From Ramazzottius varieornatus (taxonomy: Eukaryota; Animalia; Tardigrada), in the NCBI GenBank assembly GCA_001949185.1, contig BDGG01000004.1:1823620-1887619 (forward strand): DNA of 64,000 nucleotides. Reading direction: 5' to 3'. Shown one piece after another: positions 1 through 12,000 of the stretch (its first letter is position 1; every line of letters begins with the position of its first letter). The notes beneath the pieces are model-generated. The model had not been told where the DNA came from. It was given only the letters and a program-made list of their open reading frames with translations, and made no database searches. Made by a program: the position numbers and the translations under genes.

Positions 1-3000
1 AGGAATCTCGGCGACCTCGGAAACGTGGGACGACATCAGCAACCACAATGACGGTAGTCGAATCTCGGCCATCGTAGGTACAGATGTAATTCCCGGCATC
101 ATTTTCACCCACGTTGTCGATGATCAATCTTGTTCCTAGGAAAATAACCGAGATCAAAACAAGACAGAACTGAGTAAAAATATCAGACTTGCCTTCTATA
201 CGATGCTGCTTTGGCATAGTTCCTTCTCGCTTAGTCCAGGTAACTTCGGCATCGGGCGACAAATTCAAGCCTTCACACTCGATGACGGCCTGTTGGCCTC
301 GTAGGACAGTGTCCTTTGATCGCTCCACCACGTCTTCTCGAGCCGGCGGTACTAAAAGGAAGAAACAGTTGACGTGTCTGTTTCGTGCTTGTAGCTCGAC
401 CACCTCGTCAGCCTCACCTGTTTGCTCATCGGGACTTCCAGTAGCGGTGATAGGTTGACTTGGCTCTATTTGAAACCACACAAAAATTGAGCCAGCTCAT
501 CCTCTAACTGACTTATTGGCACTCTGCATGGTGAACAAGTAACCGAATGTGTCTTACCGCTGTAGACGTTTATTTCGGCAGCGGCTCTATCGGCGCTGAC
601 ATCGGTTCTAGCGATGCAGACATAGCTCCCCCCATCTTCAGGACGGATGCTTTCGAAGTCCAGGTAGTTGCCGTTTCGGATGGCGTTGCGCGAAAGTGGC
701 TGGCCATCTTCCCGTTCCCAGATGTACTCGATCTGCTTCAAGCCAGCTTCCGGGTCTATGCATACGAGCCTGGCATTCTCACCAGGACGGACAGTTTGCC
801 GGATGGGCTCGACACGGATCAGAGCGTCATCAGGAAAAGGTACGCGTGTCGGTGTCAGCGCACTGCTGTCCAAAGGCCTCCGCGAAGGTTCGACTAAATG
901 AAAAGAACAGTCGCTACAGTTTCCGCTCTCTTTGGGAAACCCCACGCGACTTTTTATATCACTGGATTGAAAAGTCGTACAATGTCGACTAATAGCTCAT
1001 TCGAAAGAGCGATCTTGCTTGCGGTTTGAGAAAGGTTTGGTCAGAGTGCGTCAACTGGGTCAGAAGGATATGCTCAAAAGAGAGTGGTCATGTGGAGTTG
1101 CCCACATCGAGCGGAAACTGTCTTGTTTCTGTGCAATATGGGGTTGTATTCACTTATTGATTCATACCTCGAATGTCAACGTTGAACGAAGTGGAATCGA
1201 TCTCGCAAACATAGTTGTCAGAATCCGTTTCTTGAGCATTGGGCAAGCGCAGAAGGGACATGCCAGACTCGGGACCGACAACGACTGCGTCGGTCGATGT
1301 ACGCCTCCAAGTTACTCGAGCGTTCGGCTGGTCTTCCGCTGTACATTCTACCTCGACGTCATCACCAACTGTACGACGGATGGGACCGGATGGAGTAATA
1401 AGTACTCGCGCAGCACCTGGAAGTCACGGCATAATTTCAAAAATTCGTATACACAGTCATACGAGAAAAACAGACTATCAAACGAAACGTCACTGAGGAT
1501 TATGTTGCCGGCATACTATACCTTGGACCTGTAGGTTGGCGGTGGCGGATGCTGATCCGTGCTTGTTTGAAGCAGTGCAGGTGTACGCACCAACTTCGTC
1601 GGCGGAGACCTCGCTGAACGATATGACGTCAGGTCGATCGGCAATGTTAGTCTTCTGGGTCAAAGGCTTTCCGTCGGTCCTTGTCCATGTGATGTTGGGT
1701 GGCGGTATGCCCGCGACGATCTGGCACTGGAAGAAGATACCGTCTCCAAGCTGAACGGTCTGCGAAGCACCTGGGTACAGCTCAATGCGTGGCTCTTCTT
1801 TTCCTTCGACGTCCAAAATACCCGAGGCTTGTGCTAAGCCCACGGAAGACTCTGCGGCACAGATGTATATACCACGATCTTTTTCCCCGCGAACCCGGGA
1901 AATCGTGTAGGTAGTGTCGTTGAATTTATGACGTTCGTCAAGATCTCCGCCGTGGCGATACCATCGGACAGTTGGTTGAGGAGACCCACCCGTTCGGCAC
2001 ACTATTTGGACATCTTCTCCCTCGTATGCAGTTATTGACTGGGGTTCGATGACAGCTGTTGGTGGAGTTCCAGCAGGTCTTTCGGGTTCGACAGGATAAC
2101 TGGGCTGGAGAGGCCGTTCAGGTTGGGGTTCGGGTCTCGGCGCGATGGGGAAGGATGGTCGATCACCAGGATACACCAGAAGTCGTACTTCTGCTTGACG
2201 GCTTCCTTGAGGAGACGTGCCGGTACAGATGTACGTACCTACGAAAGAACCATAATAAGCTGCTTCCAAACAAGTAAGAAAGAAAGGCAGTTTCATACCT
2301 TGGTCGGTCTCGGCCACAGAGTCGATACTTAAGATACCGCCTTGCTGAATAGCCGAACCCGGAAGTGCGCCATCAGACTTGGTCCAGGCAATATCAGGCG
2401 TCGGATCTCCTGAGCCCGAACAGCGAAGCTGGACAGGCTCGCCAGGACGGGCCTGAACTTCTGCGGCATCGACGCGAACTTCTGGTACTCCTTGCTCTAT
2501 TAACATTACAAAGTGAAACAATGACTAATTTTTCTTTTTTAATTTATTTTCAAGTTTTGATGGATTTCTCACCTCGAGTAACGTATAGAACGGTCCGAGC
2601 AGTTTGCGATCCAGCGGGGTTGGTGGCTGTGCACACCCATTCACCCTCATGCTCATCTGCTCGGGCTGCAGGGATACGCAACAGTCCATCGCGGTCAACC
2701 GACGCAGGAGGTCGGATGGTTCCTTGAGGACCACTCCAGGCTCTCTGGGGCTGCGGGAATCCTGATGACAAGCACCTAAACTCAACCGGTTCGCCTTCTC
2801 TTACCCGAAGGAAATAAGGCTCGATTCGGACGTCCGAAGGTGCCTCATCTCGACCAACTTGCCAGTCTGGACGAGCTTCTGGTCGTGGGCGAGAAGTTAC
2901 CGGTTCCACTGGGCGGATTGCGGGACGAACCTCTGGACGAACGTCTGGTACCGTCGGTTCACCTTCGACGATCAACCGTGCGCCATCTGTGGCTGTTCTG

Positions 3001-6000
3001 TAAAGGTTAGAGCCTGTGCACACATAGCTTCCGCTGTCTCGTGGCTGGGCATTCACGATCGTGAGAACGCCGGCAACATCCGAATCTCGAGAAGGCAGCT
3101 TTCCGCCAATCTTTGTCCAGGCTGCGGTGTACGTGGACTACAAATCACAAATTGGGAATGAGTTACAGTATGAGCTAGTTTGGGAAAAGCTAGGATGTGC
3201 CAACTTCCGGGATCCGTACAAACTTATTAACCGAGCTCACCGGGCTGCGAACAATGCAGTGGAACTGAACTGTAGCACCAGCGCGGACAGTCTGCGTTTT
3301 CGGCGGTGCGACGTACACCATCAGTGACTGGTCTACTGGACGAAGGGGCGCACCAGTTGGCCGAACTGCTGGTCTTCGACCTACAAAATTCAAAGGGGTG
3401 ACTCTAGAACCACAGCGAACGTTAAAATAAAAAAAGGAACAGCGAAACAGAGAACAGGATTACTGGTCAGTTGCACATCAACAGATACTGCAGACTTATG
3501 AGACGTAATGTCATATGATACTATGTACTACTCACACTGATGTTACATGACATTACTCGAACTGACGTCGTACTGGCTTACCTCCAACATCGATCCTTGT
3601 GTCGGCCGAACCAAATATCTCTGGTCGACTATCTGATCTTGCGGTACAAACATACACTCCCGCATCATTTGGGTCGATGCGGCGGAAAGTCAGTGAGTTG
3701 TCCGCTCCGACGACTGCAGAAGCAGGCATGGGCCGTCCGTCTAGTCTTATCCACACAGTTCGGGGTCTCCCTTGGCCACGGACATCGCAGTTCATGACCA
3801 CGTAGTCCCCGGCACTAGCATCAACGTATCGAGGTTCGACGACTACCTGGATGTCAGGCCGGGTGGGTGCAACCCATGGTCGAGCGGCTCCACCACCTAC
3901 TTCGCAGTGGTTGCCTGAGGTACCGTCGCGACAGTTACGGCAGATTCCGGACTCTGGATCGCAGTCTTCCGAATGGCCATTGCACTGACATCGTTCGCAA
4001 ACACCCAAGTACAGACCGCCTTCGGAACGCGTGTATCCCTGATCGCAGTCTTCGCAGGAAGAGCCTTTGTAGCCCGGCGGACAACTGTAACCAAGTACCG
4101 CGATTGCAGCATTTCGAAATGATTTTCCGTAAGAGCATATCAAAACCAAGTCCGCACCTGCACAGCTCAACAGCGAAAGCGAGTGGTTGTCCATTGAAAC
4201 GCGGTTGGGCAATATCGATGGAGATACTTCCAATACCCGCGCTTCGGTCTCCGGCCACAGCAAAACTGGATGGCATCAGGACAAGAATCTGAAAAAGTAT
4301 CCATATATGTACATTGTTAGTTTTTATTTCGGTCACACTGAATTAAAAGCCGCTCACGTGTTCCAGGTCAGCAAGGGCCATGAGCAAATGCTCTCTCGTG
4401 GTGTACTGCCCATCTTCGCGCGACCAGAAGTTCTCCCTGAAGGGTGCACTGATCTGTAAGATACGACCAGGAAGCAGCGGTTGAGTACTGTTGTGGTTAA
4501 GAGTGATGCCGTTTCCGAAGATTCTGATATGGATAGCGTCGCGTTGGCCAGGAACTCGAGTCTCCTCAGCTCGCAGCTTGACATTCAAGTTTCCTCCATA
4601 AGAAGTGATTCTATTACCGGCAACCGTTCGTGGCAGCTGCCAGTACAATACGTCGTTTGGGTCCGTGATGGGTCGCTCGAAGACCACGAGATCGTCTCTA
4701 GCATTGTAACCTAAGATATAAAAATACTTCTGCGACCTCCGGATGAAAATTCACTGATTTTAAAACCTGCTCTGATCAGTTTGAAAAACATCAGTTCGAA
4801 AAGAACGAATGGCAAAACGGCCAATCAACTGAAAGGCATTGCACGAACCTAGGTGGTCGGTGTAGGTGGCGCTTCGATCGGCAGTAGTGAAAGTCAGTCC
4901 TTCCTCGAGAGCATTCCTGGCCTCCACTCGCACAGCATCCCTGTACCACGGGGCAGATCGGCAGTCTTGAGTGACACCAGAACAGAAACAAAGCTCGCAT
5001 CCACCGGGGCTTTCTGGGTTCAAGAAGAACGAGCCGGCGCGGCACTGGTCGCAGCGAGGGCCGACCGTGTTCTCCTTGCAGGTACACTGACCAGTTCGTG
5101 GGTCAGGGTACGGGTATGCACTGCCGATGGGATCACAGTCTCCCGTACTCGGTAATGGTTCTGGCTCTGGTGGTGGTGGGGCGACTGGACGTTCCGGTTG
5201 GCGTTGTGGTTGGACACAGCGAGCGCTGACACCATCTCGACTTGCTTCTCGCTGGTATCCAGCAGCACAGCGTTCGCAACTGAGGCCTTCGTAGCCAGGA
5301 GGGCAAATGCACTGCTCCACCAAGGTGGCACGACCACGTCCTCCATCTTGTGAGACTGCTGTACCCAGCTTGATGTTACGGATACTGGAGTACTCGGAAA
5401 GAGTATCGTACAGGGCTTTGACTCGGATATACTCGAGACGCTGTAGGACCTTCATCATGTCGTCGCGGGTCACAATGTCCGTCGGAATTGTCGAACCTGG
5501 ACGACTGTCAGGTCGTTTTGACCAGGCATTCTGCATCAAACAACAACGTGGAAATGCCAATCGCACATAAGACATTTGCGTTCGCATTCATATTTTCGTT
5601 ATGGTTTGCTGGTATAACAAATGGTTTGGTGATGGTTGTTACCTCGAGCAGTGGGACGCTGTAGTCGGTGTACACGTTAGCCTGTGGTGGCGTCTGAGCA
5701 CGATAATACAGAGCGACGTTGTCACTACCGATCACGACGTCGGGAGAGAAGGTGGGCTTTCCGCCTCTTGGTCCGTATTTGGCCGCGTACGTGAGGTTCT
5801 ACGAACCGAATATTACAGATTACGATGAACGCAAACGATAGCGCATCGGCTCATAAAAACTTACACTGCCGTAACTGGCGACTTGATCACCAACGAACTC
5901 TTGGGGAAGCTGCCAGCTTGGGTTGTGCACTTGCAGGATCTCATTCACTCTTTCGATAGTGGCTTCGCCCGACGCACTGTCAAACCTGACACTACCCGCA

Positions 6001-9000
6001 CTCACTGGAGAACCATCCCGACTGACCAAAGTGGGAGGCGAGGAACTCGTGATGTCGGACAGATATAACGAGCACGACCTGCAGTCTTGTGTGATACCGG
6101 AACAGAAGCACTGTATGCATTCACTAGGGTTCCTAGCAGCCGCGTTGAACAGCGGAGGTCGACAGATGTCGCTGACGGTTCCCTCGAGTGTGACGAAACT
6201 GTCGGGTGTGGCTATGATGGCGTTCATGTTGTTCACGGCCTATAATAAACCATCAAAAAGTATGAAACAATGCCTAACCTATCTTATCCGAGAAGTAAAA
6301 AAAATAAGATTAATTCGGACCTCGCAAGAGTATGCCCCTTGATCGCTTTCTTGGAAGTTACGGATAGTCAGAACACCGACGCCATCTGCGCTGGTTGCTG
6401 TAACTCTGGGCGGTGGTGGAACATTACCCCAGTTCAGTCTCCAGGATATTAGTGGTGTGGGGAAGCCGACGGCCTCGCACGTGATGGTGACTGTTTCACC
6501 GATCCTGACTTCCTGCGTTTCGACGGGTGGTTTGACTATCGTGGGTCCAGCACAACCAATTTCTGGAACCATGAAAAGGACCAACGTTTGCTTGCTTTCT
6601 AACTCATCTATCCGCTCCGTATTTTAGAGCTTACCATCGGATGAGTCGACACAGTCGACGGTGCCATCACACTGAAAGTTCCTTGGGTAGCACTGATCGC
6701 CGGATTCGCACAAGAACTGGTTCACAGCACACTGTGATCCTGGTGGAGCGGTGGGACAGTCTTGTTCCTAAAACGGTATCCAAATAAAGTTCAAAATCGT
6801 AGAAATTGAAGAGCTGGTTCAGAGCAATGTAGCTCTAGACAAAAATAATCTCCCGTATGATGCATATGAAACTTACGTCACTATTATCGCCGCAATCATT
6901 TTCTCCTAGTACAGAAAGATACGAATTAGTTCTATTTTCATTGTTATGCATAGTCACTTCCGTGTTTGAAAGCTCACCGTCACAAGCCCATATTTTCTGG
7001 ACGCATTTGCCGTTAGCGCATTTCATTTCGGTTGGGTCGCACTTTTCGCACTCTTTTTCGTCAGAGCCGTCATCGCAGTCCACTTTACCGTTGCAGATGC
7101 CTGACCGCGGAATGCACTGTCCGCTCATGCACGTCGCCTCGTTGGGTCCACAGCGTTGGATGAATGGTCGGGGCGGGGCTGGCGTAGGTGAATAGTAAGG
7201 TGCTTCTGTAGGTCTCACATAAGGCGGCCAGACAGGAGGATACGCTGGCTCGGGCGGCGGAGTCCTGGGCGTCGTCCATGACGAAGGTTCCTCTTGATGG
7301 ATAACAAAATCTAAAAACCGAAAGTATCATCATATCCGTGCCATATTCGAAAAGTCAAGTAAGTGGAGCTATGCATACCACTTTCATCGACATCTCCTAC
7401 GATCAGTCTCACGGTTTGCAGCACGTCCGGTTGGCCTGGGCGTCGATTTTTGATGCGACATTGATACACACCTAGTGGGTTGAACGCGATATTAACAAAC
7501 CGCGTCCATGTCAGAAGAGAAGGAACTGCTAGTTGCGATCGTCTTACCGCTGTCGCTGGCTTGTGCGTTCTCGATGATAAGTCTTCCGGTACCCGCCTCT
7601 GAGTTCTGTCTTTTGGAGCGGCGTCGAGGTGAAGAAATGCGCCTCCATTCCACCGGTACACTGGGGTCGGAAGACAGACAATCCAGAACAGTGGTGTCAC
7701 CTTCTTTCTGCCTGACTTCCGGACCCGGGTAGACATACAACGTCACTTCCGAGTGCCTGCTGTCTTCAGCTTGTGGCTGAGGCGGATAACCATCTGAAAA
7801 ATAAAATGGACATTCATGATGGCATAATTCAGATTTTGATGCTGCTGTTCATTGCGTGAATGTTACTTCCTCACCGCGGCCACCATTGACGGTGATTTGC
7901 GAGGATCCCTGGTTTGGTGCTGGGGAATCGGTAGCGGTACAAATGTATTGCCCTGCATCTTCGGGCCGAACGTTCGTGAGAACGAGCTGATTCTCATAGG
8001 GCGATACTCCGGCTGGCAGAGACCCCTCGGTTTTGGTCCATATGATCCGTGAGCTTCCTTGCGAGTGGCATTCCAAGATAACCTGAGAGCCTTCATCAAC
8101 ACGAATGTTGGCTGGGGTAATAACCACGGATGAGTGTGTGTGAATGTTATCCGAAGGAGCCCATGGGTCTTCCGGACGTTCGGGACGTTCCCCTGAAAAG
8201 ATTGCGATGCTCGAAGCATTATTCATACAAAGCATGAAACATTAGACATTTAAAGTTTGAGATTTTGCGCTTACGACCAACGACGGTAAGTACCACATAA
8301 GACATAGTGGTGGGAAAGCGTTCGAGAAGGCAAACGTAGGTTCCTGAATCTGCAGGCGTAGGATCATCGAACAGAAGCTCAAGCCCGTACACTCGTGCCG
8401 AACTTGGCAATGGCTGACCACCCTGGCGTTCCCAACGAACCGGTGCTCCGTCTGGCGACAAACAGGTCAACCGAAGCGGCTTGCGTTCTTCGTGGAACAA
8501 GTTCTCGGTGTCCGAGGGTACCCGGACTATGTACACCCTGATCAAGCCAGTGTCTCCACCAGTTATTTCCGTAAAATCAGCTATAAGTAATCATTAGATT
8601 GGTTTAATATTGAGACTTTGTTCCGAGGAAAAATCTGAAACTTACTGGACCGTTTTGGCCGTACGGAAACTTGCGCAATATTTTGTGATCCGCTGGCTTC
8701 TCCGACCACTCGACAGATCTGAAGAAAATAACTCCATTTGCAAAATGTGACCACTTTCGAGCGCACTCGTGGACCTACATAAAACCCAGCATGAGATGGC
8801 CTTGCGGGCCGGATTGAAAGACGTTTGTCGTTCACAGTGGCTTCTGCCGGGAGCTCGAACCCAGCTCGTGACCACTCAACCATCGCGGAGTAGTCCGAAG
8901 GCTGACAGTCCAACACAATTTCGTCGTCCTCGTTGACCAGCACTCGGTCGGGGTACACTTGCACGCCGGTAAAGCGGCCACCCTTCCAACCAGCTGAAAA

Positions 9001-12000
9001 TTAGATAATGTACACATTTGGGAGGTAGTCGTTTCAATTATTTATTTTGGAAGAAGAAACCTACATGGATACGTGATGATCTCCACCGTGGTCTGTTGTC
9101 CACCTCCAGTCTGCCGGGCGCGACAGACATATTGACCGGAACTTCTCACGTCCACGGACGAGATAGTCAGTGTTGATCCTTCTACTCGTGCGCTCGGAGG
9201 TAGTGGGATACCATCAGCTCGAGACCACTCTACTTCCTGGTTGGGTTCAGCATGGCAGGTAAGCGAGATGGAGCGATCTCTTTCGATGTAGACTGTTCTA
9301 CCACTGTCACCAAATCTGATCGTTACTGAGCCTTCTCTTTCATCCCAAGTACCTCCCTGATCGTGGCGATGGCCTAACATACATGCAGAAACAAACGTCA
9401 AATGCCTGCCTCATGACATAAGAGCAAGACGCAAAAGCCAATCATACCTGAAGATATTATTAGTTGACCGCCACTGAAGTTTCCTCCCTGAAGATTTCCC
9501 GACACGTAGCAGAAGTAGACGCCTTGGTCTATTTCTCTGACGGAGCTGAAAGACAACCGAGTGCCTGACACTCGAGCGGTTGGTGGCAGCTCTCGACCGA
9601 TCCTCGCCCATCTCACTTCTCCGGCGTCCACGGGCGCGTTACACTCAAAGTAAGGCGATTCATCCCGATGAACGATGTAGATTCGGGGAACAACAAATAC
9701 CTGTAGTTCTCCCCAGCCACCTTCTGCAGAGCAGAATCGTACTTCATTACTTCATTAGTTCGGGTCAGCATCCAAGCTGTATCCGGTAACGTACCTTTTC
9801 TGGAAGAGCTCAACCTCACATCCACTGCAACGCTCGATGAGTCATCACTCTGCCAATGGCAGCGGAACAGACCAACTGAGCTGGCCGAAGCTCTGTTGAT
9901 CCGCAGAAGGCCGTTCCCGTCTTCGTTCAAAATCTGTCCGTCTACGGCCGTCCATTCCACTGGTCCACCGCCTGGTGCGATACAGCGGACAACATAGCTT
10001 GAACCCTCATCGACCCATACGACCTGGGAATCTTCTCCAGTCCGTACGGTGATGAAGATGTCGGTGTCGTTGAAGTCCAAAGGCTGCCTTGCCACTTCTG
10101 TCGTTGTCTACATAAGAAACCGAAATTCTAAACAGCGAGAGTGCTAGGACGAGCGAACGATAACACTTATACTTACGGTGGTCGTAGGAGTAGTGGTGGT
10201 TGTCGTTGTGGTCGTGGTGGTTGTCGTTGTGGTCGTGGTGGTGGTCGGAGCTGGAATGATAAGTTAGTTTCCGCTTCAAGAACCACAATAAAGGGACATT
10301 AGTAGAGGTTTTTGTTTTTGATATACCTACCAGGAAGGACCGTCAGGTAGGATGAGACTTGTTCCAATTTCTTTCCCTTATGTCGGCAGTGGTACTTGCC
10401 CGTATCCACCAGCTTGCCCGCTGGTATGGTCAAATTTTCTCCCGAGATGACCACATCTTTGGAGAACGGCAGCGCGTCACGTAGCCACTCCACCTCCACG
10501 CCTTTTCTCGTCGACTCACACCGCATGAAAATGGCTACTCCTTCGGTGACCGTTACGTTACCAGTAGTTATCTTCGGGAACGTTTTCTTTTGCAAATGCA
10601 GAGCACCCGTAGCCCTCGGATCTATAATGAATAAAAACCAGTTACTATAGCCTGCAGTGTAGTGCAGAGATGCGTGGTAGAATGGGACAAGTACCTGGGA
10701 TAACGATAACCTGGGCCACACTTTGAGCCCCATCGGCGGCTTCCGCGCCAACCGGTCGGCACTCGTACAAACCTAAGAACCAAACCGCAAAATTTAAGGT
10801 GTTGAACTCCGTAATGTAGCTAGAACGGGAAGATGACAAACAAGACGGACCTGCATCAGCAAACTGAACATCCGTGATAAGAAGCTTCCCACCGGTGACG
10901 TTAGAATTTGGTGGTAGATCTCCATCGATCCTGGTCCAAACAGCCGAAGTTTCACCTTCGATATCGCAAGCAATTTCTGCATCTTGACCCTCGAAAGCGT
11001 AGACTTGTGCGACCGTTAAAGCAACTTCTGGATCGGCAGCCGGTGCAGTGCCCGATTCTGCAACAAGAAGGCAACTTCCACAAGAAATTCCATGTCTGTA
11101 AATGAACCCATTGCTGTAAATAAATACACTTACTGGAGGCCACGTTGAGGGTGACTGTAGCCGAGGAACCCGGAAGCGATCGGACAGCTGTACACTCATA
11201 CTGGCCGGCATTGTCCACCGTGCTGTTCTGTATTTGCAGCTGCCCTCTGTTGACTTTGACATTGGCTGGAAGCGAACCGCCTCCCTTTTTCGTCCAGGTA
11301 ACTTGATGGCGCAGGTCACCACTGCCGCAGTAAAAGGTGGCTCTTTGTCCTTCGGTTATGCTTTGCACTTCTGGATGAACCAGCACCGCGACCAGCTTAG
11401 GCTCTATAGCAGAAAATCATCAGCACCTGAGCTAGCATGAAACGTAGACTATGATTTCGATAACTCACCACATCCCAGTTCGTCAGATTTGTCTACGGGA
11501 AAATTATATTAGATCGTTTTACGGTAGTACGGGTAGGTTGGAGTCTAATACTTCAAAGCTCGCCTACCTGTACAATCCGCCACGCCATTGCAGTGTTTAT
11601 CCAGATCGACGCAACCACCATCGCGACACCTTCAAGAAGCAAAGTTAAGAAATCTATCGATTGCATCCAGCGGCAAAATGATGGACCAGAAAAGCCATTG
11701 TTATTTTTTAACTTTGCTTACCAGAAATCGGCAGGTTTGCACCGCATTCCCATGGTCAAGTTTGGGGCTTCTGAAGGAGCACCAGGTTGGGAATTCGAAT
11801 CCCGAATTAGACCATTAAAGTTCCCTCGAACTTACCGTGGATGGGCTGTATAACAAATCCCTCCGTAGTGCTATTGATACGTCCCAGTTTCCCCGTGCTC
11901 AGTTCCGCTTTTATCCGATCAGTAATGGACTTCTGGTTCTCGTTGCCCCAACTAGTCAGATGTACCGTAGCGAGCGTACCGTCTCCGCTCTTCCTGTGTA

